From assembly GCA_963695345.1 (NCBI GenBank), contig OY968769.1, forward strand, positions 2,016,001 through 2,080,000: a DNA stretch of 64,000 nt, written 5' to 3'. The DNA comes from an uncultured Methanomassiliicoccales archaeon (GTDB lineage: Archaea > Thermoplasmatota > Thermoplasmata > Methanomassiliicoccales > UBA472). The notes under the pieces are model-generated. The model saw nothing but the letters and a program-made list of their open reading frames with translations. It did not search any database and was not told where the DNA came from. Below, one piece after another: positions 1 through 11,394 of this stretch (positions are counted from its first letter, which is position 1; each line of letters opens with the position of its first letter). Made by a program: the position numbers and the translations under genes.

Positions 1-1289
1 AGGTCGGCGGAGTTGACAAGACGGTCACTCTCTACGGCAGGCAGTCGACGTCTGGCACCTACCAGTACTTCCAAGAGGTCGTCCTGAGCAAGGGCAACTA
101 CTCGGTCAACATGAACATGCTCCAGGGTAACTCGGCAATCGTCGAGGCGGTCAAGGGAGATTCATCGGCCATCGGATATGTCGGCATCGGATATGCCAAA
201 GAGGCGACCGGAATCAGCATCATCACGGTATCAAAGACCTCCACCACGACCGCATATTCGCCATTGAACGAGTCGGCAGTGCTGAATGGCAACTACCCTC
301 TGGCCCGGTACCTGTTCCTCTACACGAACGGAGTCCCGTCGACAGATGTGAACAATTTCCTTCTCTGGGTGATCTCCGCCACCAAGGGACAGACGATCGC
401 AGAATCCTCCGGGTTCTACGCCATCCCGCAGAACGTGATGGAGGACAACATCGTGAAACTGGGAGGTACACCGACCGCGGTCACCTTGAAACAGACCGGA
501 TCGGACACGATGCTGGAACTGTGCCAGATATGGTCAGAGGACTTCCACACCAACTACACCTGGATCAACGTCGAGGTCAGCGGTGGAGGCAGCGGAAAGG
601 GCATCAGCGACTTCAAGGCGGGCACCAACGACATGGCCCAGGCATCCAGAGGAATAACTGCCCAGGAGAGGACCGATGCCATCGCCGCGGGAAGGAACCC
701 GGTCGAGTTCAAGGTAGCCTTGGACGGGATCGCCATCGTAGTGAACGCCGCGAACGGCGTGACATCCCTGACCATGGACCAGCTGAAGGGCCTGTACAAC
801 GGGTCGATCACCAACTGGAACCAGGTCGGCGGGGTTGACAAGACGGTCACTCTCTACGGCAGGCAGACCACATCCGGTACCTACCTGTACTTCCAAGAGG
901 TCGTCCTGAGCAAGGGCAACTACTCGGTCAACATGAACATGCTCCAGGGCAACTCGGCCATCGTCGAGGCGGTCAAGACCGACCAGAGCGGAATCGGTTA
1001 CGTCGGGATCGGATATGCCAAGCAGTCTTCGGGAATCAACGTCCTGAACCTGCAGCACAACGCGACCTCCGAGGCATATTCCCCACTGAACGACACCGCC
1101 GTCCTGAGCTTCAAGTACGATCTCTCCAGGTACTTGTACATCTACACGGACGGAGCACCGACCGGGGCGGAGAAGAGATGGCTCAGCTGGATCCTGGACG
1201 CCAACAGCGGACAGAAGATTTCGGCAGACGTCGGATTCATAGGGATGCCGGCGGAGACCATTGCGGCCATGAAGGCACAGCTAGGGTAA
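1..1289 (+). CDS. pstS: Phosphate ABC transporter substrate-binding protein with two tandem PstS domains (5' end outside window)
   Basis: GSDTM, GGGSGKG, ALDGIAIVV, R..TSGTY and GYVGIGY motifs; repeated domain with 822-nt period; followed by pstCAB-phoU. Confidence 0.93.
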   Translation, partial: VGGVDKTVTLYGRQSTSGTYQYFQEVVLSKGNYSVNMNMLQGNSAIVEAVKGDSSAIGYVGIGYAKEATGISIITVSKTSTTTAYSPLNESAVLNGNYPLARYLFLYTNGVPSTDVNNFLLWVISATKGQTIAESSGFYAIPQNVMEDNIVKLGGTPTAVTLKQTGSDTMLELCQIWSEDFHTNYTWINVEVSGGGSGKGISDFKAGTNDMAQASRGITAQERTDAIAAGRNPVEFKVALDGIAIVVNAANGVTSLTMDQLKGLYNGSITNWNQVGGVDKTVTLYGRQTTSGTYLYFQEVVLSKGNYSVNMNMLQGNSAIVEAVKTDQSGIGYVGIGYAKQSSGINVLNLQHNATSEAYSPLNDTAVLSFKYDLSRYLYIYTDGAPTGAEKRWLSWILDANSGQKISADVGFIGMPAETIAAMKAQLG

Positions 1290-1375
1290 ACCCAAATAGA
1301 AAATATCCAACGGGAAACACATTCCCAAACCTTTTCCCTCATTTACCTTTCATATAATCACACCCAGGCTACATC

Positions 1376-2294
1376 ATGGCACAGAAACTCAGGAAGAAGA
1401 AACGATTCGCCCGGAAAGGGTCGGTCAAGGAGTACCTGATCGAGAAAGGACTGGCCCTAGTGGCACTTATCTCCGTCGCGTTCTTGGCCATGGTCTTCTA
1501 TGTGCTGCTGGCAGGGGCCATTCCCGCCTTCAACACGGTCAATGTATTCGATTTCCTGTTCGGAACGGTATGGAACCCGGCTAACCCTGATTTCCCGCTC
1601 TATGGCATATTGCCATTGTTCATGGGAACAGTGCTTGGTCAGCCTGGGTGCGGCATTGATCGCCATTCCCATCGGCATCGGATGCACCATCTACCTGGCC
1701 GAGCTGGCCCACCCGAGGATCAAGGCGGTCTTCAAGCCGGCCATCGAGGTGCTGGCTGGAATACCCTCAGTCATCTACGGGTTCTTCGCTTTGGTGATCC
1801 TGTCGACATGGTTGTTCGACATCTTTCAACCGATGTCGAAGCTCAACGCGCTCAACGGGGCGATCATTCTCGCGGTGATGATGATCCCTATCATGGTCTC
1901 GGTCGCCGAGGATGCCATGAACGCGGTTCCCAGGCACCTCCGGGAGGCATCCTATGCCCTAGGTGCGACGAAATGGGAGACGATACGCGGAGTGGTCATA
2001 CCTGCCAGTCTGTCCGGGATAATTGCGGCCATTATACTGGCCATCGGCAGGGCGGTCGGAGAGACGATGACCGTTCTGATGGCGACCGGTAACGCGCCGA
2101 AACTGACCACGGACTTCTTCTCCTCGGTCCAGACAATGACTGCGTCGATAGCCATTGATTTCGGGGAGGTAGCCTTCAACAGCACGCACTATCACGTTCT
2201 GTTCGCCATCGGTGTCGTTCTGTTTGCCATGACCTTCGTGATCAACTCCATCGCCGACTATATCCTGGTGAGGTTCTCGGAGGAATACAAATGA
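1376..2294 (+). CDS. pstC: Phosphate ABC transporter permease PstC, split by one extra base near 1635
   Basis: N-terminal half in ORF 1376, C-terminal half in ORF 1500 (LAGIPSVIYG, EASYALGAT, GRAVGETM); the frames differ by +1. Confidence 0.9.
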
Positions 2295-3145
2295 ACCGCA
2301 ATTGGAAGCAGACGATGTTCTTCCTGCTTTTCCGAGGGGCGGCATTGATCGTAGGTCTGGCGTTGGCGGTCCTGGTAGGATACATAGTCATCAACGGTAT
2401 CGGTGGTATCAGCTGGGACTTCCTGACACAGATGCCGAGGCGCGCCGGCATGCAGGGAGGGATCCTTCCGGCGATTGTCGGTTCCTTCTTACTGATGCTG
2501 TTGGTTATCGCCTTCGCCGTCCCCATTGGGGTACTGTCGGCGGTGTATCTCGTCGAGTACGAGAAGAGCCACAGGGTCGGAAGGATCTACCGCATGGCGG
2601 TGCTCAACCTGGCGGGCGTTCCCTCCGTTGTCTATGGGTTGCTCGGCTTAGGGCTGTTCATCTACATGATCGGCATCGGCAGCGGCAGCCTGCTGGCGGC
2701 CGGTCTGACCCTCGGTGTGATGTGCCTGCCCTTGATCATCACGGCATCCCGGGAGGCGATCAAGGCGGTGCCTTCGACCGTCAGGGAAGCATCATTGGCA
2801 TTAGGGGCCACAAAATGGCAGACTGTCAGGCACCACGTGCTCCCATATTCGTTGTCGGGCATAATGACGGGGATAATCCTAGCGCTTTCCCGGGCCGCCG
2901 GTGAGACCGCACCCATCATGCTGACCGGGGTGGCGTTCCTGCTTCAGAGACTGCCCTCATCGGTCAATGACAGCTTCATGGCGCTGCCCTATCACATCTA
3001 CTTTATGGCCACACAAGCATCGAACATAGAGGCGGCCAGACCGATAGCCTACGCAACCGCGCTGGTACTGATCGCGCTGGTCATCGGCATGAACCTATTC
3101 GCAATCGCGCTGAGAAAGAAATACAGAGACAAGTACAGGTGGTGA
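2291..3145 (+). CDS. pstA: Phosphate ABC transporter permease PstA
   Basis: [23 protein letters not shown] and SRAAGETAP motifs; ATGA overlap with pstC. Confidence 0.95.
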   Translation: MNRNWKQTMFFLLFRGAALIVGLALAVLVGYIVINGIGGISWDFLTQMPRRAGMQGGILPAIVGSFLLMLLVIAFAVPIGVLSAVYLVEYEKSHRVGRIYRMAVLNLAGVPSVVYGLLGLGLFIYMIGIGSGSLLAAGLTLGVMCLPLIITASREAIKAVPSTVREASLALGATKWQTVRHHVLPYSLSGIMTGIILALSRAAGETAPIMLTGVAFLLQRLPSSVNDSFMALPYHIYFMATQASNIEAARPIAYATALVLIALVIGMNLFAIALRKKYRDKYRW

Positions 3146-3960
3146 GTTCAATTCCGCTTAAGATCAAGATAGAGGACCTGAACGTCTATTTCGACAAGAC
3201 CCATGCCCTCAAGAACGTCAACATGGAGATCAACGAGAACGAGATAACGGCCATCATCGGGCCGTCTGGATGCGGCAAATCGACCTTCATCCGAAGCATC
3301 AACCGCATGAACGACATCATACCGTCCTGCACCGTGAAAGGCAAGATAGTCGTGGAAGGCAACGACATATACGACGAGAAGGTCGATGTGGTCGACGTCC
3401 GCAGGAGGATCGGGATGGTATTCCAGAAGCCAAACCCGTTCCCCAAGTCCATATTCGAGAACATTGCCTACGCCCCGAGGCTGCACGGGATCGATTATGT
3501 CGACGAGAAGGAATCGGACCCCAAGAAACGGAACAAGCACCGCAAGATAACCAAGGCCGAACTCCAGCAAAAGGTCGAATGGAGCCTCAAGCGCGCAGCG
3601 CTTTGGGAAGAGGTGAAGGACCGGCTGGACAAATCGGCCTATACCCTGTCGGGAGGACAGCAGCAGCGTCTCTGCATCGCCAGGGCCCTCGCCGTCCATC
3701 CCAACATCATTCTGTTCGACGAGCCTTGCTCGGCACTCGATCCAATCGCCACCGCCAAGATCGAGGACCTGCTGATCGACCTGAAAAAGGATTTTACCGT
3801 GCTCATCGTGACACACAACATGCAGCAGGCGGCCAGGGTCGCGGACAAGACCGCCTACTTCTATCTCGGGGAACTGATCGAGATGGGAGACACCAAGCAG
3901 ATATTCGAGAATCCGCAAAAGGATCTCACTGAACAGTATATCACCGGGAGGATGGGTTGA
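3139..3960 (+). CDS. pstB: Phosphate ABC transporter ATP-binding protein
   Basis: Walker [47 protein letters not shown]. Confidence 0.97.
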   Translation: MVSSIPLKIKIEDLNVYFDKTHALKNVNMEINENEITAIIGPSGCGKSTFIRSINRMNDIIPSCTVKGKIVVEGNDIYDEKVDVVDVRRRIGMVFQKPNPFPKSIFENIAYAPRLHGIDYVDEKESDPKKRNKHRKITKAELQQKVEWSLKRAALWEEVKDRLDKSAYTLSGGQQQRLCIARALAVHPNIILFDEPCSALDPIATAKIEDLLIDLKKDFTVLIVTHNMQQAARVADKTAYFYLGELIEMGDTKQIFENPQKDLTEQYITGRMG

Positions 3961-3961
3961 G

Positions 3962-4723
3962 ATGACTTCGAACATAGCGTTCTTACATGAGATGGATGGA
4001 CTGAACCGGGAGGTCCGGGAGATGGCGGACCGGGCCAACGAGGCGATCGAGAAAGCGGTCAAGCTGATCGCTACAGGGGACGACGTCCTTATGAAGGACG
4101 TGAACCGGCTGGACAAGGAGCTCTATTGCTACGATAACCTGGTAGAGAAGCACTGCCTGGACCTGATCGCCCTCTACAGTCCGGTGGCTGGTGACCTGAG
4201 GACGGTCTCCACCTGCCTGAAGATCATCGAGGACCTGAACCGGATCGGTCGCTACGCCCACGATATCGCAGAAGTGTCCGAGGTGTTCGAGGCCCAAGGC
4301 CATTTCACCCGGATGGTCAACATCCAGCACATGGCTGAGCTGGTCGTCGACATGGTCCACGATTCCATCGAGAGCTTCACCAAGCGCGACTCGGTCATGG
4401 CCAGAGGATTGTTCGAACGGGATGATGAGGTGGACAGCCTTTACGACACGATCTTCAGGGAGATGCTCACCTACATGATGGAAGATTCGAAGAAGATCAC
4501 CGCGGGCATCAACTACGTCCTGGTCGCCAGGTACCTGGAGCGCATAGCGGACCATTCATGCAACATCGGCGAGAGGGTCGTCTACATGGTCACGGGGGAG
4601 CGAATGGACCCGGCGGAGAGGAAGAAGATCCTCAACAACAACCTTATACAGACGAAAAAGGAAAAGGTCCATGAGGGCATCGAAGAACCCGGATCCAACT
4701 GGCATGAGCTTTCGGAAAAGTGA
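3962..4723 (+). CDS. phoU: Phosphate signalling protein PhoU
   Basis: PVAGDLR, DLNRIGRYA, DDEVD and YLERIADH motifs; operon position. Confidence 0.95.
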   Translation: MTSNIAFLHEMDGLNREVREMADRANEAIEKAVKLIATGDDVLMKDVNRLDKELYCYDNLVEKHCLDLIALYSPVAGDLRTVSTCLKIIEDLNRIGRYAHDIAEVSEVFEAQGHFTRMVNIQHMAELVVDMVHDSIESFTKRDSVMARGLFERDDEVDSLYDTIFREMLTYMMEDSKKITAGINYVLVARYLERIADHSCNIGERVVYMVTGERMDPAERKKILNNNLIQTKKEKVHEGIEEPGSNWHELSEK

Positions 4724-4819
4724 GGTATTAACGGCAAACATAATACGTGACCTCGAATAATACCTATCAAGGTGAAAAAAATAATGGATGGATGTTCATC
4801 GAAAGATAAGGGGAAGTGC

Positions 4820-5260
4820 ATGAAGGCCGACGCCGCAGTGGGCGACCTGTCAAAGAGGATGGGCGACTTCGTGCCGACGACACTCAGTCACATCCAGAAG
4901 CACCACCCTGACCTGGCCATACTGATCAAGGACATGGACGAGATCATGGAGTACAAGGGCGCCCTGGACAAGAAGACCAAACGCCTGATTGCTCTGGCCT
5001 GCGTATCCGTCCGCATGTGCGATGACTGCGTCTACCCTCAGGCCAAGGTGGCCAAGAACTTCGGTGCGACTCGCGAGGAGATCATGGAAGCATTGTCGAT
5101 CGCGGTCCTCACCGGCGGTGTCCCGACCTGGTCCAATGCCAAGCACGGGATCTCCAAACTGATGGCGGAATGGGACGAAGAGGACGCAAAGCTTGAAGAG
5201 GAAAAGGCCAAACCGGCTCCGAAGGTCAAGAAGGCAGCACCCAAAAAGACCAAGAAGTGA
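4820..5260 (+). CDS. Carboxymuconolactone decarboxylase/AhpD-like protein with Lys-rich tail
   Basis: GALDKKTKRLIALAC...CDDC and GATREEIMEAL...GG motifs; start uncertain (4772/4820). Confidence 0.8.
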   Translation: MKADAAVGDLSKRMGDFVPTTLSHIQKHHPDLAILIKDMDEIMEYKGALDKKTKRLIALACVSVRMCDDCVYPQAKVAKNFGATREEIMEALSIAVLTGGVPTWSNAKHGISKLMAEWDEEDAKLEEEKAKPAPKVKKAAPKKTKK

Positions 5261-5413
5261 TGAACAAAACGCCGCAAGGCGTTGAATTCTTTCCAACTAT
5301 CCAGTCATATAGAAAGCCGGGATACTTCTTGCTGGAGATATCAGCGGCCGTTTGATTTTTAAATATTACAATGATTTATATACTACTTTATTTGTCTGAG
5401 TTTCATCGGAGAA

Positions 5414-5761
5414 ATGATTTTGGCCGGATACTCAGGAAAGTCAAAGTACAAAGGGCGAAGCACCGTGAACGATCACAACAAGCGCAGTTCCGATTTCACC
5501 AGGACCGCGATGTTGAACCAGAGGAAATTGCTGGCTTTCAAGTTCGACATGAGAGAGGCGATGAACTCCAAGGGGCTCGACCCAGCTTTGATGACCACAT
5601 TCCTGGCCAGCGTAATTGCCAAAGGCTCCCGCCAGAGCATCCATGACGCCAAGGACTTCGTGCGGCAGACGGAACATGAGGGATATATCAGCAAGGAAGT
5701 AGGCGACCACGTCTGCTATCTTCTGGACAGATACACCAAGTACCAGTCCCAGATCGTTTGA
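5414..5761 (+). CDS. Small hypothetical protein
   Basis: 115-aa ORF with protein-like composition after an AT-rich TATA-containing region. Confidence 0.6.
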   Translation: MILAGYSGKSKYKGRSTVNDHNKRSSDFTRTAMLNQRKLLAFKFDMREAMNSKGLDPALMTTFLASVIAKGSRQSIHDAKDFVRQTEHEGYISKEVGDHVCYLLDRYTKYQSQIV

Positions 5762-5901
5762 GTTTCTCCGGTTTTTAATACGTTATGACCTGAGCAGCCA
5801 GCATTATTGCTGAACCTAACGGGCATGGGCATCGGACCCCGCCCGTGCAATCAGTTTTATTAGGCCATAGCTCCAATTGTTTTGCAGAGGCTTGTGCGAA
5901 C

Positions 5902-6781
5902 ATGTTTACTGAATGTCCATATCCCGAAGGCAAATGCCGAGTGAAATGGGTCACGACCGAATGGCTACAAGACCATCTGGATGACAAGAAGTTGATGATC
6001 GTAGATGTCCAACCGAACATCCATGACTATGTTCAGGAGCACATCCCCGGTGCGGTCTATATGGAGGAGGGATGTCTGCGCACGTTCTTTAAAAGACGTC
6101 CAGGGGTCTTTGCCGCACCTGAGCAGATCGAGTCCGCGTTCGGAAGGATGGGCCTAAAGCCAGAGCTGCCAGTGGTGGTCTACACCGGCGAGGGTCAGTA
6201 CAAGCATTGGGGGGACGGCCTGGAGCAGACCATGGCCGCCTACTCGCTGGTCCGTTATGGTCACGACAACGTCATGATCCTCGACGGAGGCATCGACAAG
6301 TGGCGTAACGAAAAGAGGGAGGTCACGAAGGTCTTCCCCGAGAGGAACGAGACCGACTTCCTTACCGAGGTCCGCCATGAGTATTTCATCGAATACCAGG
6401 AGTTCAAGCAGATCAAGGACAATGATGACGTCCTACTGCTGGATGCCAGACCTCCCACGTCATACGAGGGTTGGGGGGTGTGGATCAAGCCCGGTCACAT
6501 ACCCGGGAGCGGTCAACTTCCCCTGGCGAAAGCTGATGGCAGACGACAACCCCCGGCAGCTGAAGCCGGACGACGTCCTGATGGAGATGATCGAGAAGGC
6601 CGGCATCACCAAGGACAAGACGGTGATATGCTCCTGCGGCACCGGGCGAGAGGCGACCGAGGAGTTCAACCTGTTCAAGTTCTATCTCCAGTACCCGCGC
6701 GTGAAGATCCACGAGGGAGCGTTCTCCGAGTGGGTCTCCTATCCGGAGAACGAGACGGTGACCGGAAAGAATCCCAGGTGA
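5902..6781 (+). CDS. Two-domain rhodanese/sulfurtransferase, split by one extra base near 6503
   Basis: HIPGA in both domains, LDGG, active-site-like CGTG and GAFSEW; frames 5845 and 6377 differ by +1. Confidence 0.88.
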
Positions 6782-7981
6782 TCAAGCCTGGAAACCGCTC
6801 CATTTCCCTTCCAGGCCGGGATCGGCCAAGGTCTCCAGCAGATATTTGGAGAACCGTTCTCCGGTGGCGCCGTCGGGACGGCCGGTCATCCTTATCCTCT
6901 TTTCAAACTGACAGCAGACGTCCAGCGCCATCTCTAGCCTGGTGGCCTTGTCTACATAGCCGATATGGTTCAGAAGCATGGCCGCCCCTTTGATGATGCT
7001 CGACGGGTCGGCAAACTGGCCGCGGCCTTCCTCGACCATTCTCGGGGCGGAACCGTGGATGGCCTCGAACATGGCGTACTGTTTGCCGATGTTGGCGCTG
7101 CCGGCCGTTCCTACCCCTCCCTGGATCTGGGCGGCCTCATCGGTCAGTATGTCGCCGTACAGGTTCGGCATGACCATCACCCGGAAGTCCTTCCGCCGGT
7201 ATGGGTCGATGAGCTTGGCCGTCATGATGTCGATGAACCAGTCATCCCAGGCGATGCCCGGGTAGTCCTTGGCGATGCGCTCCATGGTGGCCAGGAACTT
7301 GCCGTCGGTGGCCTTGATGACGTTCGCCTTGGTGATGGCGGTCACCTTGTTGATGCCGTTCTTCTTGGCGTGCTCGAAGGCCAGCTGGATGATCCGGTCG
7401 GTACCCTGCTTGGTGGCCACGCAGAAATCGATCGCCAGCTCATCGTTCACATTGATGCCTTTGCTGCCCAGGACGTAGCTTCCCTCGGTGTTCTCCCTGA
7501 AGAACATCCAGTCAACGCCTTGCTCCGGGACGCGAACCGGACGCACATTGGCGAAGAGGTCCAGCTCCCGTCTCATGGCCACATTGGCAGACTCGATGTT
7601 CGGCCACGGGTCACCCTTCTTGGGTGTGGTGGTCGGCCCCTTGAGGATGACATGGCAGGACCTGAGCTGTTCCAGCACGTCGTCCGGTATCGCCTTGAGC
7701 ACCTTGGCCCGGTTCTCGATGGTAAGTCCTTCGATCGTGACCAGTTCTACCTTCCCCGAGGCGATCTCATCCGCCAGGAGCGTTTCCAGGACGGTGCGGG
7801 CATGACCGCATATGTACGGCCCGATGCCGTCGCCTCCGACAATGCCGATGCGGATGGTGTCCAGCTTTGAGTAGTCCGTCCATTGCTCGGACGCCTTCAT
7901 CTTCTCGATCCTCTCCAGCTGCTCGATCACAATCTTGGCGAAATGTTCCTTGGACTTCTCGATAAGCTTCGCATCGACCAT
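6782..7981 (-). CDS. Isocitrate/isopropylmalate family decarboxylating dehydrogenase
   Basis: GDGIGP, KGPTTTP, RENTEG, KANV, NLYGDILTD and EAIHGSAP motifs. Confidence 0.92.
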   Translation of the reverse strand: MVDAKLIEKSKEHFAKIVIEQLERIEKMKASEQWTDYSKLDTIRIGIVGGDGIGPYICGHARTVLETLLADEIASGKVELVTIEGLTIENRAKVLKAIPDDVLEQLRSCHVILKGPTTTPKKGDPWPNIESANVAMRRELDLFANVRPVRVPEQGVDWMFFRENTEGSYVLGSKGINVNDELAIDFCVATKQGTDRIIQLAFEHAKKNGINKVTAITKANVIKATDGKFLATMERIAKDYPGIAWDDWFIDIMTAKLIDPYRRKDFRVMVMPNLYGDILTDEAAQIQGGVGTAGSANIGKQYAMFEAIHGSAPRMVEEGRGQFADPSSIIKGAAMLLNHIGYVDKATRLEMALDVCCQFEKRIRMTGRPDGATGERFSKYLLETLADPGLEGKWSGFQA

Positions 7982-8081
7982 TTCTATCCCGTTTCGGTAC
8001 GGGAGAGGTCATATTTTAGGACCACTTTGCTTCTTCAGGGCAGGACAACAAATATCAACTTCCTGCTCAGAATAGGACGCC

Positions 8082-9222
8082 ATGAGATGGTCGCTCCGCA
8101 TCGGACGTATCCTCGGAATCCCGATATACCTTCACTTCACCTTCCTGATCATACTGCCGTTCTTCGCACTGGTGTTCGGTTTCTCCTATTCCGAGTTCTT
8201 CGGCTTCAAGATCGGCTTCAACAACCTGGCCATAGACGATCTGGGCAAGGCCCTGCTGGGGACCCTGGCAGCTATCGTGTTCTTCGCCTCGATTCTGATC
8301 CACGAACTCTGCCATTCCTACGTCGCACTGCGGAACCACTACAAGATCTCGGGCATAACGCTGCTGATCTTCGGGGGCGTTTCCGAGATCGAGGAGCAGC
8401 CGGGAGGGGCCAAGGGCGAGGCTTGGATGGCCTTCGCGGGGCCCGGGTCAAGCTTGGTGATCGGGGTGATCGTCTCCGCCCTATACTTCCTCACCAGGGA
8501 CCTGAACGGAGGGGTGGAACTGCAGGCCGCCGTCCTGATGTTCAGCCTGATCGGTTTCTACAACATCCTGCTTGGACTGTTCAATCTGCTGCCGGCGTTT
8601 CCCATGGACGGGGGAAGGGTACTTCGCGCCCTGCTCGCCAGGAGGCTGAGCTTCCTCAAGGCCACCAAGTATGCCGTCGACATCGGTAAGGTGTTCGCGG
8701 TGGGGATGGGCATCTTCGGGCTCCTCACGCTCAATTTCATTCTGATCCTGATCGCCCTGTTCCTTTTCACCGGCGCGGAAGGGCGAGTACCAGCAGACCA
8801 AGGTGACCTCGCTCCTGACCGGCATCAAGGTAGGGGAGATCATGACCCGGGAGGTGTCCACCGTGAACCCGGACGAAACGGCGCATCAGCTTCTGGCGCG
8901 GATGATGAGGGAGAAGCACATGGGATATCCGGTCATGGAGGGGGACAAGGTCATCGGAATGGTGACCTTCCAGGATGTGACGATGGTACCCGACGTTAAA
9001 CGCGACACCACGCTCGTTCGGGACATCATGAGCAAGAACGTGATCCATGTCCCTCCCTACATGGAGGCGATCGATGCCCTGAAGGTCTTCAATGAACTGG
9101 CGATCGGCCGGGTCATCGTACTGGTCGACGGTAAGCTCATCGGCATCCTTTCCCGCACCGACATGGTCCGGGCCATGGACATGCTGGCGGCGGGGCTCCG
9201 ACCCTCATCCCAGTCGACCTAG
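8082..9222 (+). CDS. Site-2 (M50) zinc metalloprotease with C-terminal CBS pair, split by one extra base near 8781
   Basis: HELCH and FNLLPAFPMDGG motifs, TM helices; CBS domains continue in the +1 frame (ORF 8803). Confidence 0.9.
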
Positions 9223-9674
9223 CGGACGTAGGTCGCCATCGCCTCGCCCTTCTGCAGGACATGGCCGGCCATGGCCGTTTCCAACTCTTCCTTGGAGGAA
9301 CCTGGAGGCAGGTTCAGCATCTTGTCCAGAACGTATACCTTGAAGAAATATCGATGCGGCCTTCCATCCCCTGGGCACGGGCCGGTATAACCCATCCGGT
9401 TCCCCGAGTTCCGCCCCTGGACCGCCTGGATGGGGTGTGCTATCACCTGTTCCTTGGAGAGGTTCTCCGGTATGCTTCCGACCGGGACCACGTTCCATAT
9501 CACCCAATGGGTGAATGTCCCTCTCGGTGCATCTGGATCGTCAAGTATCATGGCCAGGCAAGTGCCCTTACCGCCGGTTATCTCCACTTTCGGCGACGTG
9601 TTGGCTCCATCACAGGTGAAATGGGATGGAAAATGAGTGAAATCCAATTTGACCTTCAGAACTTCCATGGACAT
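9219..9674 (-). CDS. YbhB/YbcL (PEBP/Raf kinase inhibitor-like) family protein
   Basis: CDGANTSP, DDPDAP, FTHWVIWN, GYTGPCP and HRYFF motifs. Confidence 0.9.
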   Translation of the reverse strand: MSMEVLKVKLDFTHFPSHFTCDGANTSPKVEITGGKGTCLAMILDDPDAPRGTFTHWVIWNVVPVGSIPENLSKEQVIAHPIQAVQGRNSGNRMGYTGPCPGDGRPHRYFFKVYVLDKMLNLPPGSSKEELETAMAGHVLQKGEAMATYVR

Positions 9675-9805
9675 CCTAATTCTACTCGAACCGCCTGCAT
9701 AAATAATTGTTGCATCCTGCGTTGGAATTGGGACTATCAGCATGGGCAAGTTAGAAAACCTAAGTAGTCATACGGTTGACGTCCACGGGCCAATCCGGCA
9801 GGTCG

Positions 9806-10813
9806 ATGTTCATGAGAGATCCGGTCACAGGTTTTGAATATCCGGCAGAATGGTCGGAATTGATAAGGGACGAGGCGTGGCTAATATTGGTCGGGAAAGG
9901 GCTGGCTGTCCTCAATTCCAAGGGGGAGGTGCTCCGGCGCGGGTTCAGCACCGGGACCACCGCGGCGGCCGCCTGCAAGGCGGCAGTGCTCTCACTGGAC
10001 GGACCGGTGGAAACCGTATCCATAACGCTGGCCAGTGGGATACGTGTTGATGTACCAGTGATCGGCAACGAGGGCGCGGCGTCATGCCGCAAGTTCGCCG
10101 GGGACTATCATGACGATCCAACGGCAGGAGCGGAGTTCATCGCCGAAGCGTTCATGGAAGGGGAAGGGGTGCAGGTCATCCCCGGGGAAGGGATCGGAGA
10201 GTACGCCCGACCCGAGGGGCCAAGGACAGCCGGCTCATCGGCCATAAGCGCCAGCGCGCTGGGGTCGATCGTCCTGGCCATATCCCAGGCCAAGGAAGAG
10301 ATCGGCATAAGGGGAGTGCGGGTAGAGCTGCATGTGGCCGAAGGAGAAAGGATCGCCATTCGGACGGTTAACCCCCGGTTCGGCATCGACGGGGGCATAT
10401 CCGTCCTTGGCTCGACCGGTCTGGTCGATCCATGGGACGACCACATCGAGGAAGGGCGTCTGGACAAGCTTACTGCCAGCAAAGTGGTCCTGACCACCGG
10501 GAAGATGGGTCTGCGCATGTCGCGCCTGTTCTTCCCGGACCACGAGGTAATAATGGTGGGGCAGAAGATGCTCGAGGCGGTGATAGGCGCCGATGACGAG
10601 GTGGTGGTCTGCGGACTTCCGGGCAACATCATCAGGGCGGTCATCCCGCATGTGCTGGATGAATTCGGTTGCTCGTCCTTCGAAGAACTGGCAGCGACGG
10701 ACAGATGGAAAGAGGTCCTCGGCAGGGTTTTCGAGCTGTACAGGGATGTGAATCCCAAGGTCAAGATACTGATGCTCGACCGGACCGGAAAGGTGTTGGG
10801 GGAACTGCAATGA
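9806..10813 (+). CDS. cbiD: Cobalt-precorrin-5B C1-methyltransferase
   Basis: LRRGFSTGTTAAAACKAA, KFAGD and NPRFGIDGGISVLGSTG motifs. Confidence 0.92.
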   Translation: MFMRDPVTGFEYPAEWSELIRDEAWLILVGKGLAVLNSKGEVLRRGFSTGTTAAAACKAAVLSLDGPVETVSITLASGIRVDVPVIGNEGAASCRKFAGDYHDDPTAGAEFIAEAFMEGEGVQVIPGEGIGEYARPEGPRTAGSSAISASALGSIVLAISQAKEEIGIRGVRVELHVAEGERIAIRTVNPRFGIDGGISVLGSTGLVDPWDDHIEEGRLDKLTASKVVLTTGKMGLRMSRLFFPDHEVIMVGQKMLEAVIGADDEVVVCGLPGNIIRAVIPHVLDEFGCSSFEELAATDRWKEVLGRVFELYRDVNPKVKILMLDRTGKVLGELQ

Positions 10814-11394
10814 TCGTGATCGGAGTTGGATGTGGGCCGGGAATGATGACAGAAGAGGCCATGAGGGCGCTGGCCAAAGCGCGGAACGTCTACGGGTCGA
10901 AGAGATCCGTGGAACTGGCCAAGCCTCATTTGAGAAAGGGAGCGAAGGTCGTGCAGGTGGATGACTACGCCGCCCTGAACGAAGTGCCGGACAACGCGGT
11001 CCTGCTGTCCACCGGCGATCCAATGCTGGCGGGGCTGGGGCACCGGGCGAAGAAGGTCATCCCGGGCATATCCTCGATGCAGGCGGCGTACTCCCGTCTG
11101 GGGGCGCCGCTCGAGAACACGGTGATCATGAGCGCCCAAGGTAAGTACCATCCGATCGCACTGAAGAACGCCGTAGAGGAGGTCCTGCGCGGAAGGAACG
11201 TCTTCATGCTGGTGGACCCTACATTCTCCGTCGCCGAGCTCGCGTCCAAACTGGCGGCCTATAGCCTGGAATGCCGCATCGCGGTGTGCGAAAGGCTCGG
11301 CTATCCTGATGAACGGATACAAATAGGTACGGCATTGGGGCCGCCGGAGGCCAAGTCCGACCTTTTCGTTGTCGTGGTGGGGGAATGGTCATGA
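10810..11394 (+). CDS. cbiE: Cobalt-precorrin-7 C5-methyltransferase
   Basis: IGVGCGPG, LSTGDPML, IPGISSMQ and ERLGYPDERI motifs; ATGA overlap with cbiD. Confidence 0.88.
   Translation: MIVIGVGCGPGMMTEEAMRALAKARNVYGSKRSVELAKPHLRKGAKVVQVDDYAALNEVPDNAVLLSTGDPMLAGLGHRAKKVIPGISSMQAAYSRLGAPLENTVIMSAQGKYHPIALKNAVEEVLRGRNVFMLVDPTFSVAELASKLAAYSLECRIAVCERLGYPDERIQIGTALGPPEAKSDLFVVVVGEWS

Noticed and set aside
9675-9805. Cobalamin riboswitch upstream of cbiD
   Set aside because: No B12-box or other conserved core is visible, and the spacer is short and shared with a divergent promoter.
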